The notes: generated by a model not told the origin, from the sequence alone. Numbered from the stretch's first letter, positions 36,984-48,614 are shown. The stretch is 64,000 nt of DNA from an uncultured Actinomycetes bacterium (GCA_963704885.1 CAVPIB010000007.1:192001-256000); one strand, 5' to 3'. Numbers and translations are program-made.

Positions 36984-38114
36984 ATGACCCGCGCCGGGAA
37001 TGACACTCGACCTGTGGGTCCGAAGGTGGAGCTGGCTGGAGTCGTTGGGAGACCGATCGAGGAGGTGGCGACGCCGGCGCTCGTACTGGACCTAGCCGCC
37101 GCCCGTCGCAACATCGCCGCCATGGCCGAACGGATGGCGGCGCTCCCGGCCGGCCTGCGACCTCACATCAAGGTGCACAAATGCGCGGAGCTGGCGCGGA
37201 TGCAGATCGCAGCGGGGGCTCTCGGCGTCACCGCCGCGACCGTGTCGGAGGCCGTGGCGATGGTGGATGCTGGCGTCACCGACGTGCTGGTCGCGAACCA
37301 GGTCGTATCTCCAGTATCGGTCGCCCGGCTGCTGGACGCGGCGGGCCGAGCCCGCGTGCTGGTGGCGATCGACGACCGGCGCAACCTGGAGATGCTTGGC
37401 CTCGCCGCGATCGGGGCGGGGGTCGAGCTGGGAGTGCTGATCGAGCTCGACGTCGGACTCGGACGCGGGGGCGTTCGGTCGGTGGATGAAGTCGTGCGTC
37501 TTGCCGGGCTCGCGACCGAGACGCCAGGCGTGATCTTCGACGGACTCATGGGGTACGAAGGCCATTGTGCCAGCGAACCCGATCCGAAGATCCGGACCGA
37601 GGCGGCCACGCGAAGCATGGAGCTGCTGGCGTCCGCGGCCGATCGCTGTCGTGACGCTCGGCTCGTGGTTTCAACCGTTTCAGCAGGAGCCACGGGGACG
37701 TTCGAGATCACGGCCAACGCCCGCGCCGTCACCGAGGTGCAAGCTGGTTCCTACGTCGTGATGGATCGCTTCCATGAGGCGCTCGTCTCTGGGTTCGAGA
37801 CCGCCCTGACCGTCATGGCCACCGTGACCGGGCGTCACGACGATCTGCTCGTGCTCGACGCCGGCCGCAAGTCGATCGATGTCAGCCTGCGTCCGCTCCA
37901 ACCCTCGGATCCGCGTGCCACGCTCGCATTCATCCATGAGGAACACGTGGGAATCCGCTACGAGGGACCGGCTCCGGGGTCCGTGGGTGATCGCGTGAGC
38001 TTCGTACCGGGATACGCTCCCACGACGGTCAACCTGTTCGGTGCCTACCACGTCGTCGAGGACGGCTACGTCGTAGACGTATGGCCGGTGCTAGCGCGAC
38101 ACGGGGCTCCGTGA
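36984..38114 (+). CDS. Fold-III PLP enzyme (D-threonine aldolase/D-serine dehydratase family)
   Basis: TPAL, RPHIKVHK, MGYEGH, EVQAGSYV.MD, EEH. Confidence 0.88.
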   Translation: MTRAGNDTRPVGPKVELAGVVGRPIEEVATPALVLDLAAARRNIAAMAERMAALPAGLRPHIKVHKCAELARMQIAAGALGVTAATVSEAVAMVDAGVTDVLVANQVVSPVSVARLLDAAGRARVLVAIDDRRNLEMLGLAAIGAGVELGVLIELDVGLGRGGVRSVDEVVRLAGLATETPGVIFDGLMGYEGHCASEPDPKIRTEAATRSMELLASAADRCRDARLVVSTVSAGATGTFEITANARAVTEVQAGSYVVMDRFHEALVSGFETALTVMATVTGRHDDLLVLDAGRKSIDVSLRPLQPSDPRATLAFIHEEHVGIRYEGPAPGSVGDRVSFVPGYAPTTVNLFGAYHVVEDGYVVDVWPVLARHGAP

Positions 38115-39760
38115 AGGCGGGGTGGTTCTCCGCCGAGCTCGAGGGCGCCGACCTGACGCAGCTCCGATGGGGTGGACTCGAGATCGCTTCGTCGATCCAG
38201 GTGACCGTGAGAGATGAGCGGTGGGGCACGCTCCGGCCGGCGTTAGTGACCGCCGAGGTGAGCGAGGACGCCGATCGGTTCTCGGTGAGTCTCGAGGCGA
38301 CACACGGCGACGACGTCTTGGCGTGGACCGGAACCATCCACGCCTCCGCCGACGGAACACTTGGATTCGACGTGAACGCGATCGCCAAGCGTGAGTTCGT
38401 GTACCGCCGGATGGGGATCTGCGTCCAGCATCCCTGGGCGTCGCATGTTGGCGCGCGGTACGAAGCCTCCGGCGTCGGCACTGCCGCGACCGGCACCTTC
38501 CCCTCGGATATCGCGCCCCAACCTTTGGTCGACGGACACCTCGCTCCCTTCGTACCCGCGTTCAAGGAACTCTCGATCCGGTTCCCCACGGGTGTTGACG
38601 CGGGCTACGTCTTCGAAGGTGAGGACGATGGGTTCGAGCTCGAGGACCAACGCAACTGGACCGACGCCTCGTTCAAGACCTATCCGACGCCGCTGAAACG
38701 GTCGCTCCCGAGGCGGCTCCAGCCGGCGATCGGTGGACCCAGAGGTTACGGCTCACCGTCAGAGGACCCGCTCCGGGGTCGGCGGCCACCGATGGGCCGG
38801 TAACGATCGAGATCGGCTCCCCAACGGGCGGCCACATGCCGTCGATCGGCGTAACGGCACGCGCCGGACCTGTCGATCCGGGCGCGCTCCGCAGGCTGCA
38901 GCCCGCTCATCTGCGCGTAACGGTAGAACCACCTGATCGTGATCGGGTCGTGCGGCGAGCCACTTCCCTCGCGAGGGAGATCGGCGTTCCGCTGGAGCTC
39001 GTTCTCCTGTTCGATGACGAACCCGAAGGGGCGGACCTGCTCGGCAAGGCCCTCGAGGACGCCCCCCTCGCCCGGGTCCTCGCTCTACGCCGAGACGGCG
39101 TCACGACCGACGGGCGTTTCGTTGCTAGGGCGCGGCCCGATCTTCCTTCGAACGGAGCGGGGTTCTTCGGTGGCACAGCCTCGCACTTCTCGGAGCTGAA
39201 TCGCTTGAGGCCTTCGCCCGATGGGATGGACGGGGTCGCGCTGGCGATGTCTCCACAGGCGCACACGATAGATGAGCGATCGATGGTGGAAACGCTCGAG
39301 ATTCAAGGGCAGATCGTGAGGCAGGTGAGCGGTTTCTCCCGTGGCCTGCCCGTTGCGGTCTCGCCGGTGACCCTGGCCGCCCGTGAACCTCCCCATGAGC
39401 AGGTTCCGATCGACCACCGCGTGGGCTCCTCGTTCGGCGCTGCTTGGACCGCGGGCTCGGTGGCGAACCTGCGGCCGCTGGCGTCTCGTCCGTGACGCTG
39501 CACGAGGCCGTCGATCGCACGTACTTGGGCTCTGCTCAACTCAGCCGCGTCTTCAGCGAGCTCGCAGCGAGGCGCGGTTCCACGCTGCACGAGGTCTCAT
39601 CGTCCGAGCCACGACGGGCCCTGGCGATCGCCGCAACCGGCGCACCTGTAATGCTCGTCAACCTGACGCCGGAGTCGTGCGAGGTCAGGCTCCGAGGCGT
39701 CGTGTCGGGGAGCGGACCCTCGCGCCCTACGAGGTGGCGGCGCTCGACCTGTCCCCGTGA
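38111..39760 (+). pseudogene. D-apionate lactonase (ApnL)-like protein, frameshifted
   Basis: VRDE.WGT, FELEDQRNWTDASFKTY, F.ELNR motifs; split over at least 3 frames. Confidence 0.65.
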
Positions 39761-40451
39761 TAGTGGGGATTCATCGACATGACGTGCTCGAGCATCCGCA
39801 GGCGGGCAAGCTCGCCGTCCCCGGAGGCGATCGCGTCGCGGATGCGTGTGTGCTGGTCCAGTTCCCAGTGTGCGTATCCCTCGGCGGTCTGATAGAGCTG
39901 CGGGCCAAGCTCGAAGGCCAACCTGAAGAACGGGCGGACGATGCTCGATAGGACCCGGTTCTTCGCGGCATCGGCAACCAGCAGGTGGAACTGCGAGGCC
40001 TCGACTATGGGCCGCTTCAACTCATCCGAGCGAGCGCGGTGTGGGTCCAGCACGTCCTGCATGGCGGTCGGGTCCGGATTCGTCCGGCGATCCGCAGCCA
40101 GGCGTGACAGCTCGGCCTCGATGAATCGCCGAGCCTCGAGGATCTCCGGTGTGATCACCTTCGGCTCGGCGTTCGTCTCGTCTTTCGAGATCGGCGGATG
40201 CTCCGCCACGAACACGCCCTGGCCGTGCCGGATCTCGATGACGCCGATCATGGCCAGTCCGTTCAACGCTTCGCGGACCGTCGATCGGACCGCACCCCAG
40301 TCGTTGCGTGAGCTCGCGTTCGGCCGGCAGGCGAGTGCCCGGAGAGAGGTCTTTGACGGCGTCTAGGATCTGCTGCGCGACCGTCTCGGCCAGCTTCTTG
40401 CGTGGAGCCTGGTTTGATCTGTAAGGCGGGGATCTCGTAGTTCACGGCCAT
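39727..40451 (-). pseudogene. GntR/FadR-family regulator, frameshifted
   Basis: VREALNGL..IGVIEIRHGQGVFV HTH end; FCD domain with FH...A.N; N-terminus in other frames. Confidence 0.75.
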
Positions 40452-40456
40452 CGAGT

Positions 40457-40934
40457 CTAGCCCGTTGCCCTGCTCGGTCCCAGGACGCGCCCGCTCGATG
40501 AACTCGGTCTGGGCGCCATCGGGATCGGACACGTAGGCGCCCTTCCCTCCCGCGTAGGCGCCAGGTCCATGTCGATAGGCTCCGCGGTGCGCGAACGCAC
40601 GCCGGCAGCCCGCAGCTTGGCCAAGGTGATCGTCAGATCGTCCACCAGGAGCGAGAGGTGTGACCGTCCCGGCTCGTTCTCTGCACCCGTCGGAAGGGAA
40701 GTCCCGACGGGACGCCGGTACTGCATCAGGTCGACGGAGGTGCCCCCAGGGATCTTCGGCTCAGCCCATTCGATCTTGGTTCGGTCCAAAGCGGCCGACC
40801 TGTCGATCTGGTCCCACTCGATGGCGCCGCGCCCAACCACTTCCAGGCCCAGGAGATAGCCAGAAGGTGAGCGAACGCTCGATGTCGCTCACCGTGGCGC
40901 CGAAGTGATCGACGCCCGTGACCCCACCCGCCAT
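40457..40934 (-). pseudogene. VOC/glyoxalase family protein, frameshifted
   Basis: DHFGATVSDIERSL.F, HLSLLVDD, YVSDPDG..E in different frames. Confidence 0.7.
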
Positions 40935-41011
40935 CGACCTGCCTCCTGACCCGTGACGCCGGTGACGTCTCAACAGAGCGGATGACCTGCTGAACTGTGA
41001 ACGATGCTACC

Positions 41012-41970
41012 ATGCGCCACATCGGTAAGACCGAGGCGCCGTCGCGCGCGGCAGCCTTCGAGCTTCTGGTGCTGATCCGCCGCTTCGAAGAGGCGGCGAG
41101 ACGCCTTTCTCTTTCCGCTTCGCTTCCGGGGGCTGTGCATCTCGCGACGGGGCGTGAGGCGGTGAGCGTTGGGGTCGGCTCGGGGATCGAACCTACGGAC
41201 TGGGTAGCTTGTGCCTATCGGGGTCACGGACACGCTCTGACAGCCGGAGTGACTCCGCGCGCCCTCATGGCGGAGCTACTCGGTCGAGAGACCGGCATCT
41301 ACGGTGGCCGTGCGGGATCGATGAACATCGTGGATCGCGAGCACCGATTGCTCGGTTCGATCGGGATGATCGGCGGAAGCATCGCTGGCGCAACGGGGGC
41401 CGGACTGTCGCTTCGCGGCGCGGGCGCGGCCGCGATCGCGATCTTCGGTGACGGGGCGGTGGATCAGGCGTACTTCCTCGAATGCCTCAATCTCAGCAGC
41501 GGTGCTGTCCCTCCCGGTTCTGTTCGTGTGCGAGAACGATCTGTACAGCGAGTGCACCCGCACCGATGTCGTCACCGGAGGCTCCGTCGCCGATCGCGCC
41601 AGGGCCATCGAAGTCGTCGCCGAGGTGGTGGACGGCATGGACGTGCGAGAAGTCGAAGCCGGGTAGCGAGCTCGCGCTCGAGGAGGTTCGGCGGGGTACC
41701 GGGCCCCGGTTCGTGGAGGCGAGACCTATCGGTTCGTGCCGCGCAGCCGAGCGATCCCGTTGCCTGCCAGCCTCCGACGAGGTCGAGCGATGGAAGGCGC
41801 GCGATCAGATCGATCAGGAGCGCGTCCGCCTGCTCGCCGAGGGCGCGGATGCAGGCGAGCTGGAATTGGCTGGCGCGATCGATCGATGAGCAGGTCAAGG
41901 CCGCGATCGCGGCCGCGTTCGAGGATCCGATCCCGGAGTGGGGTAACTCCTGGACGGAGAGTTCGTCTGA
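41012..41970 (+). pseudogene. TPP-dependent dehydrogenase E1 alpha (AcoA/PdhA-like), frameshifted
   Basis: IRRFEE, YRGHGH, GRAGSM, FGDGA, CEN motifs. Confidence 0.8.
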
Positions 41971-41981
41971 GCGCCGGATCG

Positions 41982-42960
41982 ATGTGGATCAGGGATGCCC
42001 TTCACGCCGCCCTCGCGGACGAGTTGTCCGCGGACGCGTCCGTAATCTTGTTGCGCGAAGACATCGGCATGGCCGGCGGCGTCTTCGCCGTCACGAGCGG
42101 TCTCATAGAGCGGTTCGGCCCGGAGCGGGTGATCGATGCGCCGATCTCCGAGCTGGCTCTGACCGGGGCAGGGAACGGCGCGCCGTGACCGGGTCGCGTC
42201 CGGTGGTGGAGATCATGTTCGGCGACTTCGTGGCGCTGGCGATGCGGTACACTCCTGGAACAGGCCGCGAAGTATGCGTTCGTCTCGAACGGGCAGGGCG
42301 GCGTACCGATAGTTGTCCGATGCGCCGTCGGAGGCGGGGCGCGCATCGAGGAGATGAACTCGCAGGTCCCTGCGTCGTGGTTCATGGGGCGTTCCAGGCC
42401 TGAAGATCATAGCTTCGAGCGATGCGGCGTCTGCCTACGTTCTGTTGCGGGCGTCGATCCGCGATGACAACTAGGTCGTCTTCATGGAGCGCGAGATGCT
42501 CTATTCGGAGAAGGGTTGGAGTTGGAACGACGAGCCGAATGCCGATCGAGCGCGCCGCGATCGATCGCGACGGGACGGACGTCACCATCGTCACAGCCAT
42601 GCGATGGACACTTGATGCCGTCGAGGCGGCCGGGCGGCTGAGCGCTCGAGAACGGGATCGAGGCGGCCGTGAATCGAGTCTCCGATTCCTTCGTCCTCTC
42701 GACATCGGGACGATCATGTCCTCGCTGTCGATCGCCGAACCGCGCGATGGTCGTGGAAGAGGGGCCGAAGACCGGAGGATCGACGAGTGAGGTCGTCGCT
42801 TCGATCGACGAGACCGCCTCGGGGTGAGCTGGAGGACCTCTGGCGCCTGACGTCGCCTGACCTGCCGACACCATTCAGCGCGCCGTTGGAGGACGACTTC
42901 CTGCCGCGGGTTGACGCGGTCGTCGGATCGATCCTGAGCACGCCTGACCGGTCAGCGGCG
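41982..42960 (+). pseudogene. TPP-dependent dehydrogenase E1 beta, frameshifted with an in-frame TAG
   Basis: EDIG..GGVF, RVIDAPISE, RPVVEIMFGDF, PFS.PLE; TAG at 42472. Confidence 0.8.
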
Positions 42961-43934
42961 AGCCGCGATCGCCTCTTCGGCGGCCGCCGACGCGGCGCCG
43001 GCCGTCAGGCCGTGCGTTTCGGCGACGTAGTCGTTGGTGCGAACGAGCAGAACTCGTCTCGCACGCCCACGCGGCCGCACGGGCGCCCCGACCCCTTCGC
43101 GCGCGAGCACCTCCGACACGCAAGAGAACGATCCGCCGATGGTCGAGTGGATCTCGGCCGTCACCAGCGCGCCCGTCTCGTGCGCGAGCGCGAGCAGCGC
43201 TGCGCCGTCGAACGGCTTGATGGTGGACATCTTCGACGCGGCGGCCGATACGCCCTGGTCTGCAAGCGCCGTCGCGGCATCGAGCGAGCGACGCACCATC
43301 ACGCCGCTGGTGACGATACCCACGTCGGTCCCCTCGTGCAGGATCTGCCCCTCACCGATCCATGAACGTGTGGCTTCCCTCTCCACGTATGGCGTCTCGC
43401 GGCCGAGCGGCTCGCGCAGGTGCACCGGACCCTCGAAGTAAACGAGCGCGTGCGTTGCCTCGGCCGTCTCGGCGTTGTCGCACGGGTCGATCACGGTCAT
43501 GTTCGGCAGCGCTCGCATGTGCGCCAGGTCGTAGAATTCCTGGTGCGTCGGGCCGAACGTCGGGTGGATTTCCGGAAGCGCGGCCACTATCTCACGTTCG
43601 CACGGTTCAGCGCACATTGGATGGCTATGAAGTCGAGAGCTCGGCGCGTGGCGAACACGGCGAACGTGGTGGCGACCGGTGTGAACCCTGCCTTCCACAG
43701 ACCCACCGCCACGCTGATCAGGTTCTCCTCGGCCATGCCGACGTTGATGAACCGATCCGGGAACGCCTGGGCGAACGGGTGTAGTCCCGTGACGCCGGCG
43801 ACGTCGGCGGAGAGCGTGACCACGTCTGGCCGGCGTTCGCCGATCTCCAGGATCGCGTGACCGAACGGGCCGGACTTCGCCAAGACGACCGGGTCGACCG
43901 GTGGATGGCCCAGTGCCGGCAGCGTGTCGCTCAC
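42952..43934 (-). pseudogene. Transketolase C-terminal subunit, frameshifted
   Basis: FPDRFINVGMAEEN, GPTHQ, STIKPFD motifs. Confidence 0.78.
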
Positions 43935-44770
43935 GTGGGTAGACTTCCAGCTGGCGCGTGACCGCGTCCCACTCGTCGTCGTCCACACGGACGAAGTGAT
44001 TGCGTTCGCGCTCCATGATCAAGCGGAACGCCACATCCGAGCGTGGTGCGACAGACCACGGCCTTCGGTCGACCGGTCACCTCACGCGCCCGATCGAACG
44101 CGCCCAGCAGCGCCGCGATGTCGTTGCCGTCGACCTCGTCCACCCACCAGCCGAACGCGCGCCACTTCTCAGCGTGCGGCTCGATCTCCAGGACCAGGTC
44201 GCCATCGGCCTGAACGCGATTGACGTCGAATTCGTTCACCAGGTTGTCAAGGCCTTGCGCCGCGGCGAACATCGCCGACTCCCAGGTGGAGCCCTCCTGG
44301 ACCTCTCCGTCGGACATGAAGTTGAAGACGCGCGCCGGGTGGCCCTTCAGGCGGAGCCCGATCGCCAGGCCCGCCGCCACACCAAGGCCGTGCGCGAGTG
44401 AGCCGCCCGTCATTTCGATTGAACGGAGGGTGCCCCTCGTACGTGGACATGATGAGCGTGGTGCCGTCGGCACCGTAGGTGTCAAGATCCTCGCCCCCCA
44501 AGTGGCCTGCCTCCGCGAGTGCGGCCCACAGTCCGATGGAGTAGTGGCCCGCCGAGTAGATCAGGCGATCGATATCGGGAGAGCGGTCGACCGGGTCGTA
44601 GCGCATCTCAGATAGGAGTAGGACGGCGAGGATGTCGGCCACGTCCAGTCCCTGACCCACGTATCCCTCACCTTTGCCGGCGGACATCCGCACGACGTTC
44701 TTGCGTATCTGCTTTGCTCGGGTACGGAGCTCGTCTATGGACGCGCCAGTTGATCTTCGCTTCGGTTGCA
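43928..44770 (-). pseudogene. Transketolase N-terminal subunit (AptA-like), frameshifted
   Basis: GEGYVGQGL.VADILAVL, GGSLAHGL, SDGEVQEGSTWE, QADG, W.AFGW, DGND. Confidence 0.78.
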
Positions 44771-44782
44771 GATGCCCTCCTA

Positions 44783-44811
44783 GTCAGAAGGTGAGCAGAT
44801 AACCTGCTGAC
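44783..44811. promoter_or_regulatory. Putative GntR/FadR operator
   Basis: GTCAGAAGGT...ACCTGCTGAC inverted repeat; the GATRACCTGC core recurs at 34748 and 40981. Confidence 0.5.
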
Positions 44812-44877
44812 TCTCAGTATACGATGGCTGGAGATCGGGGTCGACCGGGCCGGGACGCCCGGCCGTAGGCTTAGCCC

Positions 44878-45759
44878 GTGATCGTGCACCTGGTGGACGG
44901 GACGTACGAGCTGTTCCGCTACCACTTCGGGGTGCCGTCACACGTGACCGACGACGGCCGCGAGGTCGCCGCCACGCGAGGGGTGCTCGGCTCCATGCTC
45001 TCCATGCTCGAGGGCGGTGCTACCCACGTGGGTATCGCCACCGATCACGTCATCGAGTCGTTCCGCAACGCGTTGCTCGAGAGCTACAAGACGGGCGAGG
45101 GCGTCGATCCCGTGCTCCGCTCGCAGTTCGAGCTGCTCGAAGACACGCTGAGGGCAGTCGGGTTCTGCGTGTGGCCGATGGAGGACTACGAGGCCGACGA
45201 CGCACTCGGTTCGGCCGCGGCAGTGGCCGCTGCCGACATAAGGGTCGAGCGGGTGATCATCTGCACGCCCGACAAGGATCTGGGCCAGTGCGTCAGCGCC
45301 GACGGGCGGGTCGTGCAGTTCGACCGGCGGAAGGAGTCGCTGACCGACTTCGCCGGCGTCGTCGCGAAGTTCGGAGTGGAGCCTGAGAGCATCCCGGACT
45401 ATCTGGCTCTGGTCGGCGACACGGCCGATGGGATCCCCGGCGTGCCCGGCTGGGGGGCGAAGACCTCGGCCACGGTGCTGGCCCGCTACCGGCATCTGGA
45501 AGACATCCCGCTACAGGCGGGCCTCTGGGACATCTCCGTGCGGGGGAGGGCGAACCTGCTGCGAACGCTGGCCGATCGGTTCGAGGACGCGTTCCTCTAC
45601 CGGCGGCTGGCGACGATCGACACGAACGCGCCGACGATCAGTGACGTCGAGGAGCTCGAGTGGACGGGTCCGGCCGAGGGCTTCGAGGAGTCGCTGAGGG
45701 CGATCGACGCCGATGGGTCCATCGCGCGCATCATGAGGCTCACCGACACGCGCGGTTGA
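44878..45759 (+). CDS. 5'-3' exonuclease / flap endonuclease
   Basis: LVDG, EADD, DKD, ALVGDTADGIPGVPGWGAKT. Confidence 0.92.
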   Translation: MIVHLVDGTYELFRYHFGVPSHVTDDGREVAATRGVLGSMLSMLEGGATHVGIATDHVIESFRNALLESYKTGEGVDPVLRSQFELLEDTLRAVGFCVWPMEDYEADDALGSAAAVAAADIRVERVIICTPDKDLGQCVSADGRVVQFDRRKESLTDFAGVVAKFGVEPESIPDYLALVGDTADGIPGVPGWGAKTSATVLARYRHLEDIPLQAGLWDISVRGRANLLRTLADRFEDAFLYRRLATIDTNAPTISDVEELEWTGPAEGFEESLRAIDADGSIARIMRLTDTRG

Positions 45760-45847
45760 GCGATCGTCCTCCCGGGTCGGCGACGCTGTTTCCGACCGGG
45801 GGCCACGTCACGCTAGGCTCTTTGCCTTCGCCGGAGGGAGCCGAGAC

Positions 45848-46960
45848 ATGCCGACACGCCACACGCCATACCACCAGCGGTTCATGGAGCTCGGGGCTGA
45901 GATGGGGGACCGGATCGGGTTCGACGCGGCGGTCGTGTTCTCATCGACCGAGAAGGAGCACCTGGCCACGCGCGAAGGCGTGGGGCTGTACGACGTCTAC
46001 TACCAGGGGCCCATCGACATCAAAGGGCCGGACGCGCAGGCGCTCCTGGACCATGTGCTGGCGCGTGACGTGCCGCGGCGGTTGGCCACCGACGGTCAGG
46101 TGCTCTACTCCTCGGTCTGTAGCGCGGAGGGCGGGATGATCGACGACCTCACCGCTTACCGACTGGGACCTGAGCACTACTGGCTGATCGCCACGCCGGC
46201 CCGCGCCGAGATCGTCGGACTCACGTGACCGAGCACGCACGCGATCGCCGCGCCTTCGTGACCAACTGCATCTCGGGCACTGCGTATCTGTCCGTGCAGG
46301 GCCCGGGTTCGCGCGAGCTGCTCGCGCCGCTCGCGGAGGCGGATCTGTCGACCGACCGGCTCCCCTACTTCAGGTGTGTTCGAACCGTGGTCGCCGACGT
46401 GCCCACCCTCGTGTCGCGCACGGGCTACTCGGGCGAGCTGGGGTACGAGCTCTACTACCCGCGCGACTACGCGCTCCACATGTGGGACACGCTCACGAAC
46501 GCCGGCGCCACGCCGTGCGGGCTGGGGGCGCTGCGCAGCGTTCGCATGGAGAAGAAGTACCCGCTCTACGGCCTGGACGTTAGCGAGACCACGTCGCCGC
46601 TGGAGGCGGGTCTGGGATGGGCGGTCGACCTGGATGGGTCGGACTTCATGGGACGCGACGCGCTGATGCGTCAGCGCGATGAGGGGATCGCACGGCTCCT
46701 CACGGGGATCGAGTTCCCCGACCTGTCGTTCGTCCCGTCCGCTGGGGACGCCGTGGCGACCGCCGACGGCGAGCCGCTCGGCACGCTCACGTCCGCGGAC
46801 CGCGGCTGGTTCCTGGGCAAGGCGCTGGCGATGGGCTATCTGCCGTTCGACCTCGCCCGGTTCCACCGTCACGGTGACCTCGGCCGACGGCACCCGGGGC
46901 GAGGGCGTGACTTCGGATCGACCGTTCTACGACCCGGACGGAACGCGCGTCCGCGCTTAG
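45848..46960 (+). CDS. GcvT-family aminomethyltransferase (frameshifts near 46225 and 46860)
   Basis: EHLATR..VGLYD, GMIDDL, SVQGP, RTGYSGELGYE, RMEK, PFYDP. Confidence 0.8.
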
Positions 46961-46971
46961 GGTGCCTGGCG

Positions 46972-47662
46972 ATGAGCGCATGGAATGTTCTCGGCAGGCG
47001 CGCCCTGGTGACGGGCGGCAACCGTGGCATCGGCCTGGAGGTCGTGCGGCTCTTGGGTCCGCATTGGCTTGGAGGTCTTCCTAGGCTCGCGCGATCCGGA
47101 CGCGGGGGCGACCGCCGCCTCGGCGCTCGGATCGCCGGGTGTCACACCGGTTCGCATCGACGTAGCCGACCCCTCGAGCGTGATGGCCGCTCACGATTCA
47201 CTGGCGCCGGCCGGTATCGACGTGCTGGTCAACAACGCCGCGGTCAACCCACGAGGTCGGGTGACGCCGGAGGAGGCCGACCGGGCTTGGCAGGTGAACA
47301 CGCTGGGGTGTTGGCGCGTGACACAGGCGTTCCTGACGCCGATGCGTGAGCACGGCTGGGGCCGGATCGTGAACGTCTCTTCCGAGGTGGCCGCGAACGC
47401 GCATGAGCAGCGGGGTGGGGGCATCTACGCCGCGACGAAGATCGCTCTGAACGTCATGACTCGCGCGCTCGCAGAAGATCTAGAAGGGACCGGGATCTTG
47501 GTGAACGCGATCAGTCCGGGGTGGTGCCGATCGGACATGGGTGGGGCGAGTGCACCGCGATCGGTCGAGCAGGGTGCTGCGAGCATCGTCTGGGGTGTGA
47601 CGCTCCTCGACGACGGTCCGTCCGGAGGCTACTTCCAGGACGGCGAACCGTTCGCCTGGTAG
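46972..47662 (+). CDS. SDR-family oxidoreductase (frameshift near 47060)
   Basis: TGGNRGIG in one frame; NNA, YAATK, PGWCRSDMGG in another. Confidence 0.8.
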
Positions 47663-47678
47663 CGGCGAGCGCGAACCT

Positions 47679-47705
47679 TGTCGATATCCGCCGGGGCCCT
47701 TCGTC
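47679..47705 (+). promoter_or_regulatory. ECF42-like promoter TGTCGA-N17-CGTC
   Basis: Upstream of a YCII/DGPF-like gene. Confidence 0.5.
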
Positions 47706-47758
47706 GTAGAGGGTGACGGTCCCGCGCCGGGACCCGCGAACCGCAAGGAGGGGATGGC

Positions 47759-48073
47759 ATGGCGAAGTACCTGCTGCTCTACGGAGGCGGCCAGATGCCC
47801 GAAGGTGAGGCAGCTCAGGCCCAGGTCATGGCGGCTTGGGAGGCGTGGTTCACGGAGCTCGGCCCGGCGGTCGCCGACCCCGGTAACCCGTTCACGCCCG
47901 CCGCGAAGAAGATCGCGAGCGACGGCGCCGTGGGTGACACCCACCCCACAGCAAGTGGCTACTCGATCGTCGAGGCGGACTCGCTCGACATCGCGGCCAA
48001 GCTCGCCGCCGGATGCCCGGTCCTGCAGGGCGGTGCCGACATCACCGTCTTCGAGACCTTCAACGTGATGTAG
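47759..48073 (+). CDS. YCII-related domain protein
   Basis: KYLLLY, W.AW, GNPF, GYSIVEA.S, CP. Confidence 0.8.
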   Translation: MAKYLLLYGGGQMPEGEAAQAQVMAAWEAWFTELGPAVADPGNPFTPAAKKIASDGAVGDTHPTASGYSIVEADSLDIAAKLAAGCPVLQGGADITVFETFNVM

Positions 48074-48094
48074 GAACCTCCACGGGTATGTGAG

Positions 48095-48118
48095 CGCGGC
48101 GGCGTCCTCGCCGCCGCG
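48095..48118. terminator. Hairpin between convergent genes
   Basis: CGCGGCGGCG-tcct-CGCCGCCGCG. Confidence 0.65.
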
Positions 48119-48127
48119 TTCGCGTAT

Positions 48128-48541
48128 CTAGGCGCGGTCGAGGACGATCACCGGGATCGTTCGATGCCCGGCGGTCTTCTCCTCGTACTCGCCGAACTGT
48201 GGGAACTTCGCCACCTGCCGAGCGTAGAGTTCGTCGCGTTCTGGCCCCTCGCGGAGGATCTTCGCGTTCACGGGGACGCTTTCGATTCCCAGCTCGATCG
48301 TGGCGTGTGCATCGGCCTCCAGGTTGAGGAACCAGTGCGGGTGCGCGACGTGGCCGCCCTTCGACGCGAAGATGACCCACTGTTCGCCATCGGGCAGGTA
48401 CATCAATGGACACACGTGCTCGCCTCCGGTGCGGCGTCCTGTTGAGTGCAACAGAAGGAGAGGCGCCCCTTCGAACGTGCCGCCGACGCGACCCTCGTTC
48501 GATCGGAACTCCTCGATGACGTTCGTGTTCCAGTCGCTCAC
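48128..48541 (-). CDS. Deazaflavin (F420)-dependent nitroreductase family protein
   Basis: N..VIEEFR.N.G.VGG.F, TGRRTG, ASKGG..HP.W..NL, IPV. Confidence 0.9.
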   Translation of the reverse strand: MSDWNTNVIEEFRSNEGRVGGTFEGAPLLLLHSTGRRTGGEHVCPLMYLPDGEQWVIFASKGGHVAHPHWFLNLEADAHATIELGIESVPVNAKILREGPERDELYARQVAKFPQFGEYEEKTAGHRTIPVIVLDRA

Positions 48542-48614
48542 GCGTACTCCTTTTCAAGGTGTCGCGGGTGGAACCTGACGGAGCCGAGAAGCATTCCCGA
48601 ACGACCGGCCCTCT

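Noticed and set aside
42472-42474. In-frame TAG in E1 beta as pyrrolysine or read-through
   Set aside because: It aligns to the conserved Pro of DDNPV, and the gene has other lesions.
46225-46228. TGA inside the gcvT-like gene as a second Sec codon
   Set aside because: The downstream part is in a different frame and there is no Cys-motif context, so it is a frameshift.
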